Position numbers and translations under genes: made by a program
Shown: piece after piece, positions 26,101 to 37,855 of the stretch
Layout: each line of letters starts with the position of its first letter
Position numbering within the stretch: position 1 is the stretch's first letter
From: Thalia democratica
Taxonomy: Eukaryota
DNA: 64,000 bases
Assembly (NCBI GenBank): GCA_965202585.1
Contig: OZ241830.1
Span: 69,936,001-70,000,000 of the forward strand
Direction: 5' to 3'
The notes under the pieces: generated by a model
Seen by the model: the letters and a program-made list of their open reading frames with translations, nothing else
The model's database searches: none
Told to the model about the DNA's origin: nothing

Positions 26101-28493
26101 CCTCCCCAATTTGTAGCGAGGCTGCCTAGTAACAACCGGCAATGTTTGTGATTGACACATTCCACTGAGCGCACTCGAGTTTCCTATTTTGTTGTTAAGT
26201 CACAATAGTGGTTTGATCTTTTTGAATGGAATTCACTTTTTTGAAACTTGTAACACATTATCACAAGTCTTGCATAGGTGAGCGTAAATTAACTTAATGA
26301 CATTAAATAGCTGAAACTGAAAATTAAAAAACTAAACATAATTAATATAAAAGTAGTAAAGTAATTTATTTGTTAATGTTTTTATGTTATTATAAACAAA
26401 CTTGTGAACCTTAACAAAATTTAACAAATTTGTAAGATTTGTTCTAATATATTTATTAAAAATCAAATAAGTTTCTGTTAATATCTTTAACATTTTTACC
26501 TAAACTGCTATGCTTTTATCCAACTTAACAACAAAATAAACATACATTGAGTAAAGAAAAGTGAAAAGTGTAAGATATACAACTAAAAAAGAATTTTAAA
26601 CAGCATAAAGTATTCTTTTTTCATATTATAAAATTTTTCTTTAAAAGCAAACTTTGAAAAACTTTAAGTTTTACTCAAAAGTTCTCAGTCAGGTAATAGA
26701 TGCTGTAAATTGTAATTAGTATTGACAACTCAATAAGCCGAATGGTTATTGCCGATAACTTAACAATTAAATCATTAATAAGTCCGTTTTAAAAATGTTT
26801 TTATAATGCGCTTTTGAGTTGCTTTAAGCCGTAAACTAAATTTATGAGCCCGGAAATAATGAAACATAACTATTGTTCCTTAAAAAAATAACTTTTTTTA
26901 ACGTTTACGTTATATGATCCAAAAAGTATATAAAACACTGTAGTTTTATCCATTCGTTTAATTATTTTTTTACATGTGAGTTAATCGAACCGACAGTTTA
27001 TTAGGTCAACAAGCGAAATCAACTTAACAAATGGGGAAATTTACTTTTGTTTTGCAAACAAAAAATTTAAAAAATATATTTAAAAGGTGTTTCAAATCAA
27101 CAGTGTCAGAATTAAAAAGTTCATATCTGTATTTCTACTAAATGTTCTTTAACCGGTTATACGTCATTATCAAATTTTTTAAATTGCGTTTTCTATCAAA
27201 ATTATCTTATCATCAAAATAAAATTATTAAAAATGATGTTATGTATCAATTTTTAGATGTAACTTTATATTTTCTTTTAAAATCATAATGTTGAACTAAG
27301 AAAAACATTTTCGATTAAAATTATAAATTCTATTGTAACATATTTTATAATTTTTTTTACAAATTAATTTCTTAGAAATTTTTTATTAGTTTTATTGGTA
27401 AACTATTACTACATACATTATATTTTTAGCTTAAGAATACAATCGGCTCATGTTAAACTATAAACTTAGATGTAATGCAAACATAAACTTTAAGTTTTTA
27501 TTTTTGTATATAAGACTGTTTAAAATAAACAAACTGAAAATAGTCGTTTTTGCAGTAAGGTTTGTTGTCCCTGACAAAGCAGGTTCTCAAATCAGCCAGG
27601 TTGCCACCACATGCGGCGCACTTGAGACATTTTGAATGCCAGTCGACCCCCTGTGAGGTGCTGATGTAGGGACCGTCGATCAAGTGACCACAACCCATGC
27701 AAGATCTGGTACCAAGACCTAAAGAGTATTTTCAACAAACTATTATAAAAATTACAAAAATATCAATATGAAAACCAACCTTAGTAATTTATTGTAAATG
27801 TTTTCTTATTTGATGTGACTTGCTCGTTATATAATGACAAAATCGACATTTTAATTTAACATTATTCTTATATTTACTGTACTTAATTTTATGTTATAAG
27901 AAATTAGATACTTTAATATACAAATTAAAATATAAAATTTTAGTTTGCTATGAAACTAGCAAAAAATTTTAAGAAGATTTTATTAAATGATTGTTGATCT
28001 CTCAGACTCATATCTAGATAAGTTCTTTTTCAACTGAAGTATTTGAAAATTGAATTTATCAAATAAAATACTTATTTTAAAACACATTTAAGTAAAACAT
28101 TTACATAAACAAAAAACATATCCAGTTTAATTATTTTAGAATCTGTTAAACATCAAAACTACGGAAAAATAAAATTTTATATAAATATTACTCACCTCTT
28201 TTATTTTTTTGTGTGTCGGTATTTTTAAGGTCTTCATTTATCATAATCTGACTTGACCCGCTCGATATTGGGGTCATCCCCTGACTCGAAACTGGTTCCG
28301 GGTTTGAGTGAAAACTCATCTCTTTTCCGGTGGTTCCCCCTTCTTCGTACCCAAGTGAGAAGTAACCATGGGAACTGCTACCCACCGAGTAGTCATCAAA
28401 ACTATTCCAATCAAAAATGTCCTGACTTCCTGGTGGTTTCTGACAAGGTAGAAAGTCTCCTTTTAACTGGACCATCTGCTGAGAGGTTTTCAT
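19992..28493 (-). CDS. Isl: Islet-like copy B gene model: LIM1-LIM2 plus C-terminal Islet region, no homeodomain; predicted 370 aa from 7 exons
   Basis: join(28196-28493, 27535-27718, 23644-23742, 23264-23391, 21670-21725, 20521-20715, 19992-20144) = 1113 nt, all GT-AG, open frame to TAG. No homeobox sequence found between 20716 and 23263. Confidence 0.7.
20521..20715 (-). CDS. Isl: Islet B post-homeodomain exon (homolog of the Isl1 exon carrying the Lhx3-binding region)
   Basis: Acceptor TCCAG|GAA, donor CTA|GTAAGT, 65 codons, phase 0-0. QPAWKALSDYALQSEIEKTPFQQL matches Islet [24 protein letters not shown]. Confidence 0.85.
21670..21725 (-). CDS. Candidate 56-nt linker exon of Islet B, in place of the homeobox exon
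   Basis: T-rich tract then CTTAAG|AA..., donor CAG|GTATAT. Phase 1 to 0, stop-free (EWHKKFSLTNQQTTSEISQ), same phases as the 362-nt homeobox exon of copy C. Prediction only. Confidence 0.5.
22551..22866. promoter_or_regulatory. Conserved intronic block downstream of LIM2, shared by B and C (47145-47464)
   Basis: Long identical runs (CAATGGTATTAATACAGCCAAGACTTAATAATGCATAATCGCGAGTTAAAAC; CAATTATCGCACAGTAGCCGGCAGTTGT) in visibly more diverged flanks. Confidence 0.4.
23264..23391 (-). CDS. Isl: Islet B exon 4 (second half of LIM2)
   Basis: AAACAG|[30 protein letters not shown] (Isl1: RCVACSRQLIPGDEF...FCRADH), donor G|GTAAGC, phase 2 to 1. Confidence 0.9.
23644..23742 (-). CDS. Isl: Islet B exon 3 (first half of LIM2)
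   Basis: ATCAG|[33 protein letters not shown], donor AG|GTTAGT, 99 nt, phase 2-2. Confidence 0.9.
24560..27575. repeat. Near-identical B/C intron-2 tract (partner ~49410-52425)
   Basis: Hundreds of consecutive identical bases at a ~24.85 kb offset, versus visibly lower identity in intron 1 and around LIM2. Confidence 0.8.
27535..27718 (-). CDS. Isl: Islet B exon 2 (LIM1)
   Basis: CTTTAG|GT, CMGC-x17-H-x2-C-x2-C-x2-C...[14 protein letters not shown] (Isl1: CFVRDGKTYCKRDY), 184 nt, phase 1 to 2. Confidence 0.9.
28196..28493 (-). CDS. Isl: Islet B coding exon 1
   Basis: ATG at 28493 with an in-frame upstream stop, 99 codons + 1 nt, donor G|GTGAGT, in frame with LIM1. Confidence 0.8.
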
Positions 28494-29488
28494 CTCACGC
28501 CCGATTTGATGACATACGTTTGGTCAATTTTAAAATATTATATATACAATTTTACTATAAGCTAAAAAAACGATGTTAAGTTTGCAGACTACTTTGCGCT
28601 TTACGAGTAATCAACTTGTTATTCATTTTACAACTTCTTTACTTTTTATCTCCTACAACGAGACAAGTACGAAAAAAAAAGCTGGTTTCTTATAATGATT
28701 TACAAGTTTTGTCTAGTTGATAGTACATAACTTAATCAGTTTATTTAGAACTGAAAAGTCAAAAATGTTAAGTATTCAGTTGTGTTGATAAAATTCCTGT
28801 AGTAGGAGGCATTTTTAATAAGTTTTAATTACTTTTTCACACCTTAGTTCAGCTACATAATCGCTTTTCATAAAATATTTTTTCTCGAGCAAACTAAAGT
28901 TGTTTGATCAATCAAAAGGTTAAATTTATTTTACAGCAAGATACTTTTATAAAAAAATAAAATGATATACAATTAGTGTTTTTAATTTTGTTCTCGTTTA
29001 ACATAAACACGATTAAAATTTTAACTAGTTTTATAAGAATTAGTCTAAGCATCATTTGTTTTTTAAATATTTAAAACATTTTAAAATCAGGTTTAAAAAA
29101 TAAACTATTATCAACAAGTTTAGTAAACTTTTTACTCGTGGTTTAAGTTTTTTACTACTTTATGTTCTTACTAAAGTTTCATTTAAAACTAAATTGAAAC
29201 TAAAAAATTTCAAAACGCAACATTGTGTTGTAAAAACGTAACAAAAACAATGAATTGTTAAAATTTTTCATTTTTTTTCTGTTTTTGTTACTAAAACTGC
29301 CAATTGAACCCGTGTCTTTTAAAACCGGTATATATATCAAAACAAATTCGGTAAATATCTGCTAAAAACGATAATGATACGTTGCTTCTGTTGCAACTAT
29401 TTATTTGCACATCTGCCACTGAGAAATTTCTTTAAGAAATTTTTAAAAAATTCGACGGTTTCCTGCCAACACAAGCTCGTTATAAGTT

Positions 29489-29507
29489 GTTGCTACTAGC
29501 AACCAAT
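29489..29507. promoter_or_regulatory. RFX X-box-like palindrome abutting a CCAAT box, ~1 kb upstream of the Islet B ATG
   Basis: GTTGCTACTAGCAAC-CAAT. The inverted paralog at 63596-63614 (ATTGG overlapping GTTGCC-AGT-AGCAAC) fits GTNRCC-N0-3-RGYAAC exactly. Confidence 0.35.
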
Positions 29508-31645
29508 CAGTACCGTTTATAAAGAAAACTTAGCATTGTTGTGAAGACTTATAACATTAATAACAAAACAAGTATAAAGTAGTAAACAACATTATGACAC
29601 AACACAAACACTTCTAAGCAAACAATTCTGTTTGCAGTTATCATCGCACTTATCTTAATATTTAAAGCTTTAAACTCCTGAAAAGAAACCTTAAAGTGTT
29701 TTTTTCTTTTTTTTCTTTTTTTCTCGTGGTTTTTAGGGGCATCCCTTTTGTAGATGGAATTCTTGAGAAGGTGTTGTGACCGTAGCCAAGAAATGAAAAA
29801 CGACAGAAAAATTGATATGATATAATGAAAAACGAGCGATAAGAAACTTTAAATCGTTATTCATACAACTATTGGATAAATACTGGGTAGTTTAAAAAAT
29901 GGGAGAATAAATATTCTAAATATTATCTTCTGAGAAAATATAACGAAAATTAATTGGCAAAATTCGTGAATATGACGATTTGGTCAATTAAGAGTTTTAA
30001 CTAAAAAATAAACAGTTAAAAATACTTGATTAAACATAAAAATATTTCAACTAGCTTCTACTAAAGTGATATACTCTCTATCTTTTAAGCTTCGTTTGTT
30101 TTATCTTAACTTAAGACGTGAAAAATCAGGAACTTAGAAAACTTTTTTCTGACTACAATTAACTAGTTTGCATATTAATGTACATTTTTTTGTCATTTAA
30201 CAGCGATGAAAGTGTCGTAAAGCCAGCGCTCGTTAGATGAGGTTAAATAAAAGACAACTAAAAGAAATTTTGCAAAAATCTTTGTTTGGTTTACAATTTG
30301 TTGCTGTAATAAAACATTAACGGCTTTTAGGTAAATAAAATTTAAGTTTATTGCCACTTAAAATGATTAGGTAATTTTTATTAATTCCACAAGTTGTTCT
30401 TTTAAGCTAAATTCAAAGAGCTTTAAAAAATAGCTTGTCATATATTTATCAGCCGTAGATAAAAACAAATCTTTGAAACTCTATTTGTGTTCGTAAAAAA
30501 AAAATTCTGAATATTTTTAACAAAAGGATTAAGTTTAAGTAACAAACGCATTTTTAACAATTGTCACAAAAATGTGCTTTCAACATTATGTGTCATTCTA
30601 AACATAACAAGTTGCACAATAAATTTTCAGTTTCAAAACTTATTAAAACATATTGCGAACAGAAAAACTTTCAAGGTCTATTCATCTTATTTTTAAATAT
30701 CTAATTGAAACATGAAGATTTATGGATATAAACTCTAAATAAAACATCAAACACTTCCTTTTTTTGTACACTACCAAATAACACAATGTACATAGAAATA
30801 TTCACTAAACTTTGCATGCCAAATATTTCGCGATTATTCTTTCACATCCTGTGGTTTTAAATTTTTTAGATATAAAAACTTGATTTCGAGGTATTTTACT
30901 GTCAATACACAAGTATCTCTTTATTTATTTTTCGCATTTAAGTTTTATATCATATTAATCATTAACTGTTAAAACGTATACACAAAAAATAATAATGTCA
31001 AGAACTCTGTTATACCTAATCTTAGGTACTTTTATTATTTTTCTTATTAAAACCTTAGTAAAATGCTTAATGCAATAACGATATGTGTTTAAAATAATAT
31101 TTGAAAATAGAAATATCTAAACTAAGTTGTATGTGTTCATTTATAACTATTTCTAAATTTCTTAAAAGCTGTTTATAAGCTAATATGACTCATAAGCAAG
31201 CGAGCTAACACATTATAACTATTTTATTTTCAGCACACGCTTAATCTTTAATACAATCTTCACATGCAAGTAGAACTCCAAGTCTGTACATTTTAATTGG
31301 ATTAATAAGTTGCAATTAATTGTTCCTTCCTGTGATAGATCAATGTGATTAAAAGCTATAAATAGAACTTCAGTTGAAGCTTTAAACACAATGCAATACA
31401 ATGTTTGATACTAAAGGACAACTTCAATTTATTCGAATGTTTTAACAAAATAGTTCATATTTTTTCATATATTCCGGTTGCATTTGCTGTGTAAAAATAT
31501 CGAGGTTTACAAATTGCTTTTATTTCAGGTTTTCAAAACAAGACAAAAGATTTATATTTAACCCGCCCAGATGAAGCTAAAGTAGTAATTGCTGTGTCAA
31601 GTCACACAGCTTTGAAATATTTTAAAAATGTGATTGATTCGTGCT

Positions 31646-31688
31646 TAACGGTAGCGCCACCGGTGTGCAATCATGCGTTAAATCTGCA
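31646..31688. promoter_or_regulatory. Invariant 43-bp core, copy 2 of 3
   Basis: Identical to 3923-3965. Confidence 0.55.
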
Positions 31689-32329
31689 ATCAAACGCATT
31701 GCTGTTAGCAACCCGTCGCTCGATATTTGAATAATTGCCATGCAAGGTAAGTGTAAAAATGCGAAATAAGAAACAAAATAAGTGTTTCAATATTACGTGT
31801 ATGACGATGTAATTGACAGTTTTCAAGTTTTTTTAAAATATGTTTATTGTTTACTTGTTGAACCATGGTATTTTTTATACTTTTCTTATTAGATTCGAAA
31901 CTGTTGATGTGATACACAAAATACAGTTTTATTTTCAGTTTCAGGTTTGTGTATTTATAGTTTAACAGAATGTTGTTTTATAATATATTGAAAAGCTAAA
32001 AAACTGACAGTATGTACTTGTTTAAAATGTTATCGAATAATTGTTTTACAACATTAAAGAGTAACTTATATCGCAGTCTAAAAAAATTACATATGCCTGT
32101 TTTTAATAAAAGAGGTTTTAAAAATTTTTTTTGATATAGATAAAACTATTTATCAAGTGCTAATATATTTATTATAATCAATACTAGTTTAAACGTTTGC
32201 ATGACGAAGATTAAACTTTAGAAATTTGAAGTTTTAAGATATAACTTAAAATTAAGATTTAAAGTTTAATAAAACCTGTTTTTATTGACATCATTTAAAA
32301 GGTAGTAACTGTCAGCAGTAAAAATACAC

Positions 32330-32735
32330 TAATAAGGAGCTTTCTTGCTAATCTGGCTATGTTAGGCAAGCTTTTTTCAAAATAATAATCAGATTAGCCT
32401 TTGGCCGGATAAAAACAATTCATTGTTTTATCTTTTTATAATCTACCCTTATATATTATGTAATGCCTACAATAAAACATACACTAAATTTCCGTTAATA
32501 TATTTTAGTTTAGTTTTTGAAAGAAAGAAGCAATTAAATTGACAAAAATTAACGAAACAAAACTTTGTTAAACACATTAGAATTATGGCGTAAGTATAAA
32601 CTGCTTGCTTAGTTATAAAAATAAAATTAGAAATATATTTTAATATAACATTTATTTTAGCGGAATTAAATAAATCTGCTTCTTAGTTAAAATCTGCCGT
32701 ATAAGTGAAGACCGGATAAGCGAAGAAGCACTGTA
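32330..32735. mobile_element. Remnants of a Tc1/mariner-pogo (Tigger-like) MITE; paralog at ~60186-60630
   Basis: End reads TA-CAGTGCTTC(T/C)TCGCTTATCCGG, like pogo/Tigger TIRs, with repeated TTATCCGG/CCGGATAA motifs. These motifs are absent from the A upstream region. Boundaries uncertain. Confidence 0.35.
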
Positions 32736-35700
32736 CTAAGAAAAACGTAAGTTTATAGATAAGTAATTCATGTTTGCAAAAAAAGAAAAACTAGAACATT
32801 TTTTAAACTTTGAAACAGTAACTTTTATTACAATTGTAACTAATCGGAATTTTTAACTTGAGAAGAACAAATAGGTTTTTATTCTGTGCAAATATCCGCT
32901 ATAAAATTTTCTTAAGCGACATCATTTATATTTGTATTATTGCAAACATAATATAATTTGCTTCCGCTTCTATCAGGGTAATTAAACATTAAAAACCATT
33001 AGTTTTACAAGCACTTTATATTTGAAAAGGTATTATACTGTCATTTATAAGCCTTAATAAAACAATATAAATCTAAACTTAATCATAATGTTATCGCTGA
33101 TTTTTTGTACTATATATAATAACTCCTAAAAAATAAAATACGGGTTTAAATAACAAAAACCGAATATAAATCGTCAAAAAAAGTATTATATTTCACCAAA
33201 CGTTTTTTAATCAAAATGACAATTTTCTATTTAACCAGCAAGAAAATAATACAATTTAAATTGAGACAGTTTAATCTTTCTAGCCACAAACGGCAACAGT
33301 CAAAACTTCCATAATGTCTTTAAAGGTTTAAACGTAATCTGCAGAATAACACTATGCTAATAATGCCTTAAAACAAAGCAGAAGTAAATAAAACAGCCAC
33401 AAGCTTAATTTGCTATAGATCGAAAACTCTACACTCTATGACGTAATAACATCATTTTCTATTTTCGTTTCCGATTCTGACGTAAAATTGATTGATGTTT
33501 CATGGTCAGGACGTTTAAATGAAAACACGTGTAAAACGAAACTAAAATGTCTGTTTTGCATTTTAACTTGCCAACTTGTCATCAATGTTAATATGCAAAC
33601 TTGTTTTGATCTGTTTTGTGTTTTTTGCATTGCTTTTTATCCTTAAACATAAATTTAAAATGTCTTTTTTTAATATTGGTTTTTCAAGTTGTTTAATTTA
33701 AACTATACAGCGCTGTCTATACGCTTACTTCTAAACCTACTTTTCTATTAAACTTAAAAAGAATAAATTGATAAAGCATACATACTTAGGTTTATGTTTT
33801 TTGTGAAACAATTTTTGTTATAAAATGAGTTTTTAAACAATAACACAAGTATTGAAACAATACATAACAAATGTTTTGTGTTATTTTATTATAAATTCAT
33901 GTAATAAATGTAAATTACAAAGTTAACTGGAAGATTTAACACCAGAAGGTAAAGGTTTTTTAAATTGCATTTACAATTGTATATATAATACTTTATACAT
34001 TTAGTAGTAATTTAAAATAAGGCATATTTTTAATATTTTTAAAATGTGACTACGTTTATCTCACAGTGAAAGTAAAACGAATTATTTAAGTAACTTAATT
34101 AAAGTAACTTATCTAATCAAATTTTTCTGAAGTATTTATACCTTCTTATAACTTTCAATACGGGTCAGTTACTTACTGAAAAGCTAATAAATCATTTTTC
34201 TAACACCTTATTTTATTCCTAAGAAAAGATGGTTTTGATTATCTTAAGCTGAATACTGTTGCCACAAAAGCATATATTGATCTTAGACTTTAAGAGCTTA
34301 TTTTTACTATATTTCAAAACTGAACTGTCATAGTGGTACATACAGGTAAAACCCATCACATTACAAACTGCATTGTTAATAACAGTTTAACCAGTTTCAC
34401 AGTTAAACACTTTCTGTAATTAAAGCTTTGGTTGGAATCCGTATTCTTTTTATCTTTTTCATTTTATCTTTACACAAACGGGCTCACAGTATCCGTTGGA
34501 TCAGCAGGCAGTTTTCTGTTTAAACTTGATAAAATGTGCTGATAGATAAAAGCAGAGTGTTTAACTGATTTTATACGCGCTTGTTATGTACCGCAGGAAA
34601 ACAAAAAATTCAGAAACGTTTTTAAAAAAACATTTTTAGAAAGTGTTAAACTGTCGCTACCGTGTTGTGTTGATGAAAACAATAAGTTTGTGTTACCTTC
34701 AAAATCAACGTTAGTTTTTTCTGTAAAGAGCATACGAAATAATTTTGACCTGTGAGCGTTTATAAAAAACACAGAAAACTTTAATAAACTGCGAATTAAA
34801 TAAAACCAAATAATCATTTCTTCTTCGCCTAATTACAAATAAGAACCGTATCTAGTCAATATCATCATAATCTTGTCAACATTTTCTCAATTAAGAAGCA
34901 CTTTACAATAGAGAGTAATAAACCAGTAGAAACTCAAGAAAAAAATTTGTGATTTTAATGAACAGCTTTATTATTAAAACACAACGTGATTTTTGTTATT
35001 CTCTTCATTATTTTTGTATCAATCGATTTTTTGTTTATATTTTAGTTTATGATTTAAGTTAAATAAATATTGCATAGATTGTTCATCAAACTATGAATCT
35101 AGTAAATTACATACTAGTTTCGCAAGCTATTTTGTAGATTATTACGTAGTTACTGTTTTATTTAAAAATAGTATATCAGTGTAAGAGTTTAAATACTTTT
35201 AAACTTTAGCTTTTTGATTAGCATAGTATTTTTGGTTAAAATAAACTGATAGTTCTATACAACTTACTTTTGAAAACAACTATTTCAAATGTGCATTTTA
35301 GTTTAGTGTATGAACATTTACATGTTCAGTATCTGGATTAAATAGAAACCGCAGTGAACAGCACAACTTTGCCATTCCTGTACAAATCAATAAAATCAAT
35401 AATTAACTATTCAAGTCAGTTGTCTCATTGATACATCAAATACTTCAATCAAACGTGAGAATTGATAAACTTGTTCCATAGAAATAAACTTAAAAGCCTC
35501 TGTTGAGCTGTTCAGGGTTTTATTTTATTTCAAAAATATCATCACCTAACCTATTTTTCTATATTACGTCACGACATATTTCAACGCTTGATTAAGTTGA
35601 AGCCGCCATTTTAACCCGTATTTACACAACAATTCTATGGTGTGTAATGTTTCGCGTGTATTTCTTTTAGGTACGAAATTTTTACACACAGCTGTTATAG

Positions 35701-37820
35701 CGCTGTAAAGTCGAGTTCGAAAAGGCTATTGTGAGAGTTTAAACGTATAAAAAAAAATCAATTTCCCACCAACCACAAAAAAAAACCGAGTTTTTTAGTT
35801 TTAAACGTTTAATTATATCAAAATATGACCATTGATCCTCAAATGTAACAAATAAAAAAGTTTAAGCTTTTTTTTTTGCGTGTAGTTTTAAATAAAAAAA
35901 AATCAATAAAGCTACGGCTTAAAACAAAACGTCTAATATCTAAAAATAATTTACAGTAATTTAAGTCCTTTAGTCAATAAATCAAACACTTACTAGCCTT
36001 TCTCTATTTTTTGTCTGTTGCGTTTCTAACATAAACCTGAACGAAGCAGCAACAATAAAAAGTTTGCTGTAATTCTTTATCTCTTTCTCATTTTTTTTCT
36101 CGGTTCGCTCAATTACAGCTCCTTGTCGCCTCACTAGCGGCTCTTTTGAGTATTACAAGAAAAATTGCATTAAACACATTTTGTCATAAATATTTATTTA
36201 ACAATTATTTAAGACACACTACTACAACAGATTCAACTGTAACAAATGCATGTTCAGAAATAAGACCATGAACCATGAAATAAATACACGAAGATCTCGA
36301 TTTCACTGCTAACCTTCAGTACACTCACGATGTTTAAAGTAATTAACGTAAAAGATGTTCGTTAGTTTTTGACGATGTGCTTTTACGGGTTAAACTAGAG
36401 GTTGTATTTAAAACACTATTTAAGAACTCATTGTTTAAGGACTTAAATAGTTAGTTTTAAATACTTAAACAAAACTAATGAAGAAAATTTTTATGCGTTT
36501 TGTTCATCAGCACATACTTCTGTTTTCAAATGCAAAGCAAATAATCACAATTGCAGCTAAAAAAAAATCTAAAAGTGCTAGCAAAGTTTTCTACCCTCGA
36601 AAATCAATCAAATAAATATTAATATCAGTTGTCGTCTTAGACTCTTCTGTTGTGTTACTTTGAAGATTGATGTCTCAACAAAAGGACAAACTATCTTCAT
36701 TAAAAATTAATTGGCGCCACGTTTTCTTTGCTTCCTCAATGTAAAGTTTGAATGTCTAAGAAGGCGACTGATAACCGCAAGATAAATATTTTGACGTAAT
36801 GTTAAATCACAAACCGTTTTTTCAGTTTAGAAGAGATGTTGAATGCTTGTACAGATCTTAAGATCACAATTAATTTAAGTCAGTGTTTTTGGGTCGGTAT
36901 TTTGTATTTATTTATCATTTATTCCTCACTAAAACGAAGAAAGTTTATTCTGAGTCTGGTAAAGTACTAGATGCTAGAAACTACAGTAAACCTGACAAAT
37001 ATACGTTTCAATACGGCTTTCTTTGTTTGAAGTTTGTTTATGAGTTATAGAAAATATACATTGAACATTTTTCTGATGAACAACATAAAAGTTACATTTA
37101 AACTTACAGAAATTTAAGACAGAAAAAAGACTTTGTAAAAAAATTTAAAAAAAACTTTTACAACTAGTTATTCTAGATTAAAAACATTGAGCAATGTAAT
37201 CTTTAATTTCAATGATTTTTCGTGAGAAAAAAGTTTTTCAAAAAATTTATACTTCAATTTTTCTTATTATGCTTAACTTAGTCGATTACGTAGCAATTAA
37301 AATTTATATTTAAACATATTAGTAATAAACTTTACTAGTAACTGCTACAAATACCTTTTTTAGGATTTAAGTCTAAATTAAACCATTTGAAAATTTAAAC
37401 AACTGTAAGGTTTTAACTTGTATAAATTAGGATTTTTATAATATCAATTTTGATTATAATTTGCTGTAAAATAAATTTTTTATTCATCAAAGTTAGCAAA
37501 AGTATACAAAATATTTTAAAACAAGAACTTTTATACAAATTGTTGAAACAAAACATAGTCGAAATAAACATTTTTAATAAAAAAGGCTTAAGATTTACGT
37601 ACACGTTTCAACACCAAACTAAAAAAACCAGTAAGTTGTATGACAAGATTAATGCAGACATCATATTTTTCGACATAAAGTTTATAATCGTATTGCTACA
37701 TATAACAGAATAAAACAAAATGATACCGAGTTTATATTAAAAGCAAACTGATTGATATATTAAAAATAAAAAAATATATATAGTTTACTAAAGCTTGATC
37801 AGGCGAACAAAAATTCATAG

Positions 37821-37855
37821 TGACAGCCGCAAGTGTAATTTTGCATGGCAACGAG
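37821..37855. promoter_or_regulatory. Invariant 35-bp core, copy 2 of 3
   Basis: Identical to 11671-11705. Confidence 0.55.

Larger units (their letters stand above)
1061..28195. repeat. Tandem segmental unit I (A exon 1, upstream region, kelch copies, Islet B body)
   Basis: Collinear homology with 28196-53045, e.g. 2560-13960 vs 30100-40150, kelch vs kelch, Islet exons vs Islet exons. Exon-1 to exon-1 spacing is 27.1 kb. Confidence 0.85.

Noticed and set aside
25994-26110. tRNA or tRNA-derived gene (GGTTCG, ends in CCCCA)
   Set aside because: No proper D-arm, anticodon arm or A/B box spacing; kept only as a structured-island finding.
31219-31401. ORF pairs 31219-31401 / 61497-61706 and 37413-37604 / 54912-55103
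   Set aside because: Paralogous non-coding DNA; no domain, no consistent start or splice signals, low-complexity AT-driven composition.
33436-33630. 64-aa ORF with a near-identical partner at 58910-59104
   Set aside because: Similarity follows from the recent duplication; seven residues differ, and the frame is broken by indels in the third copy (5771-5974).
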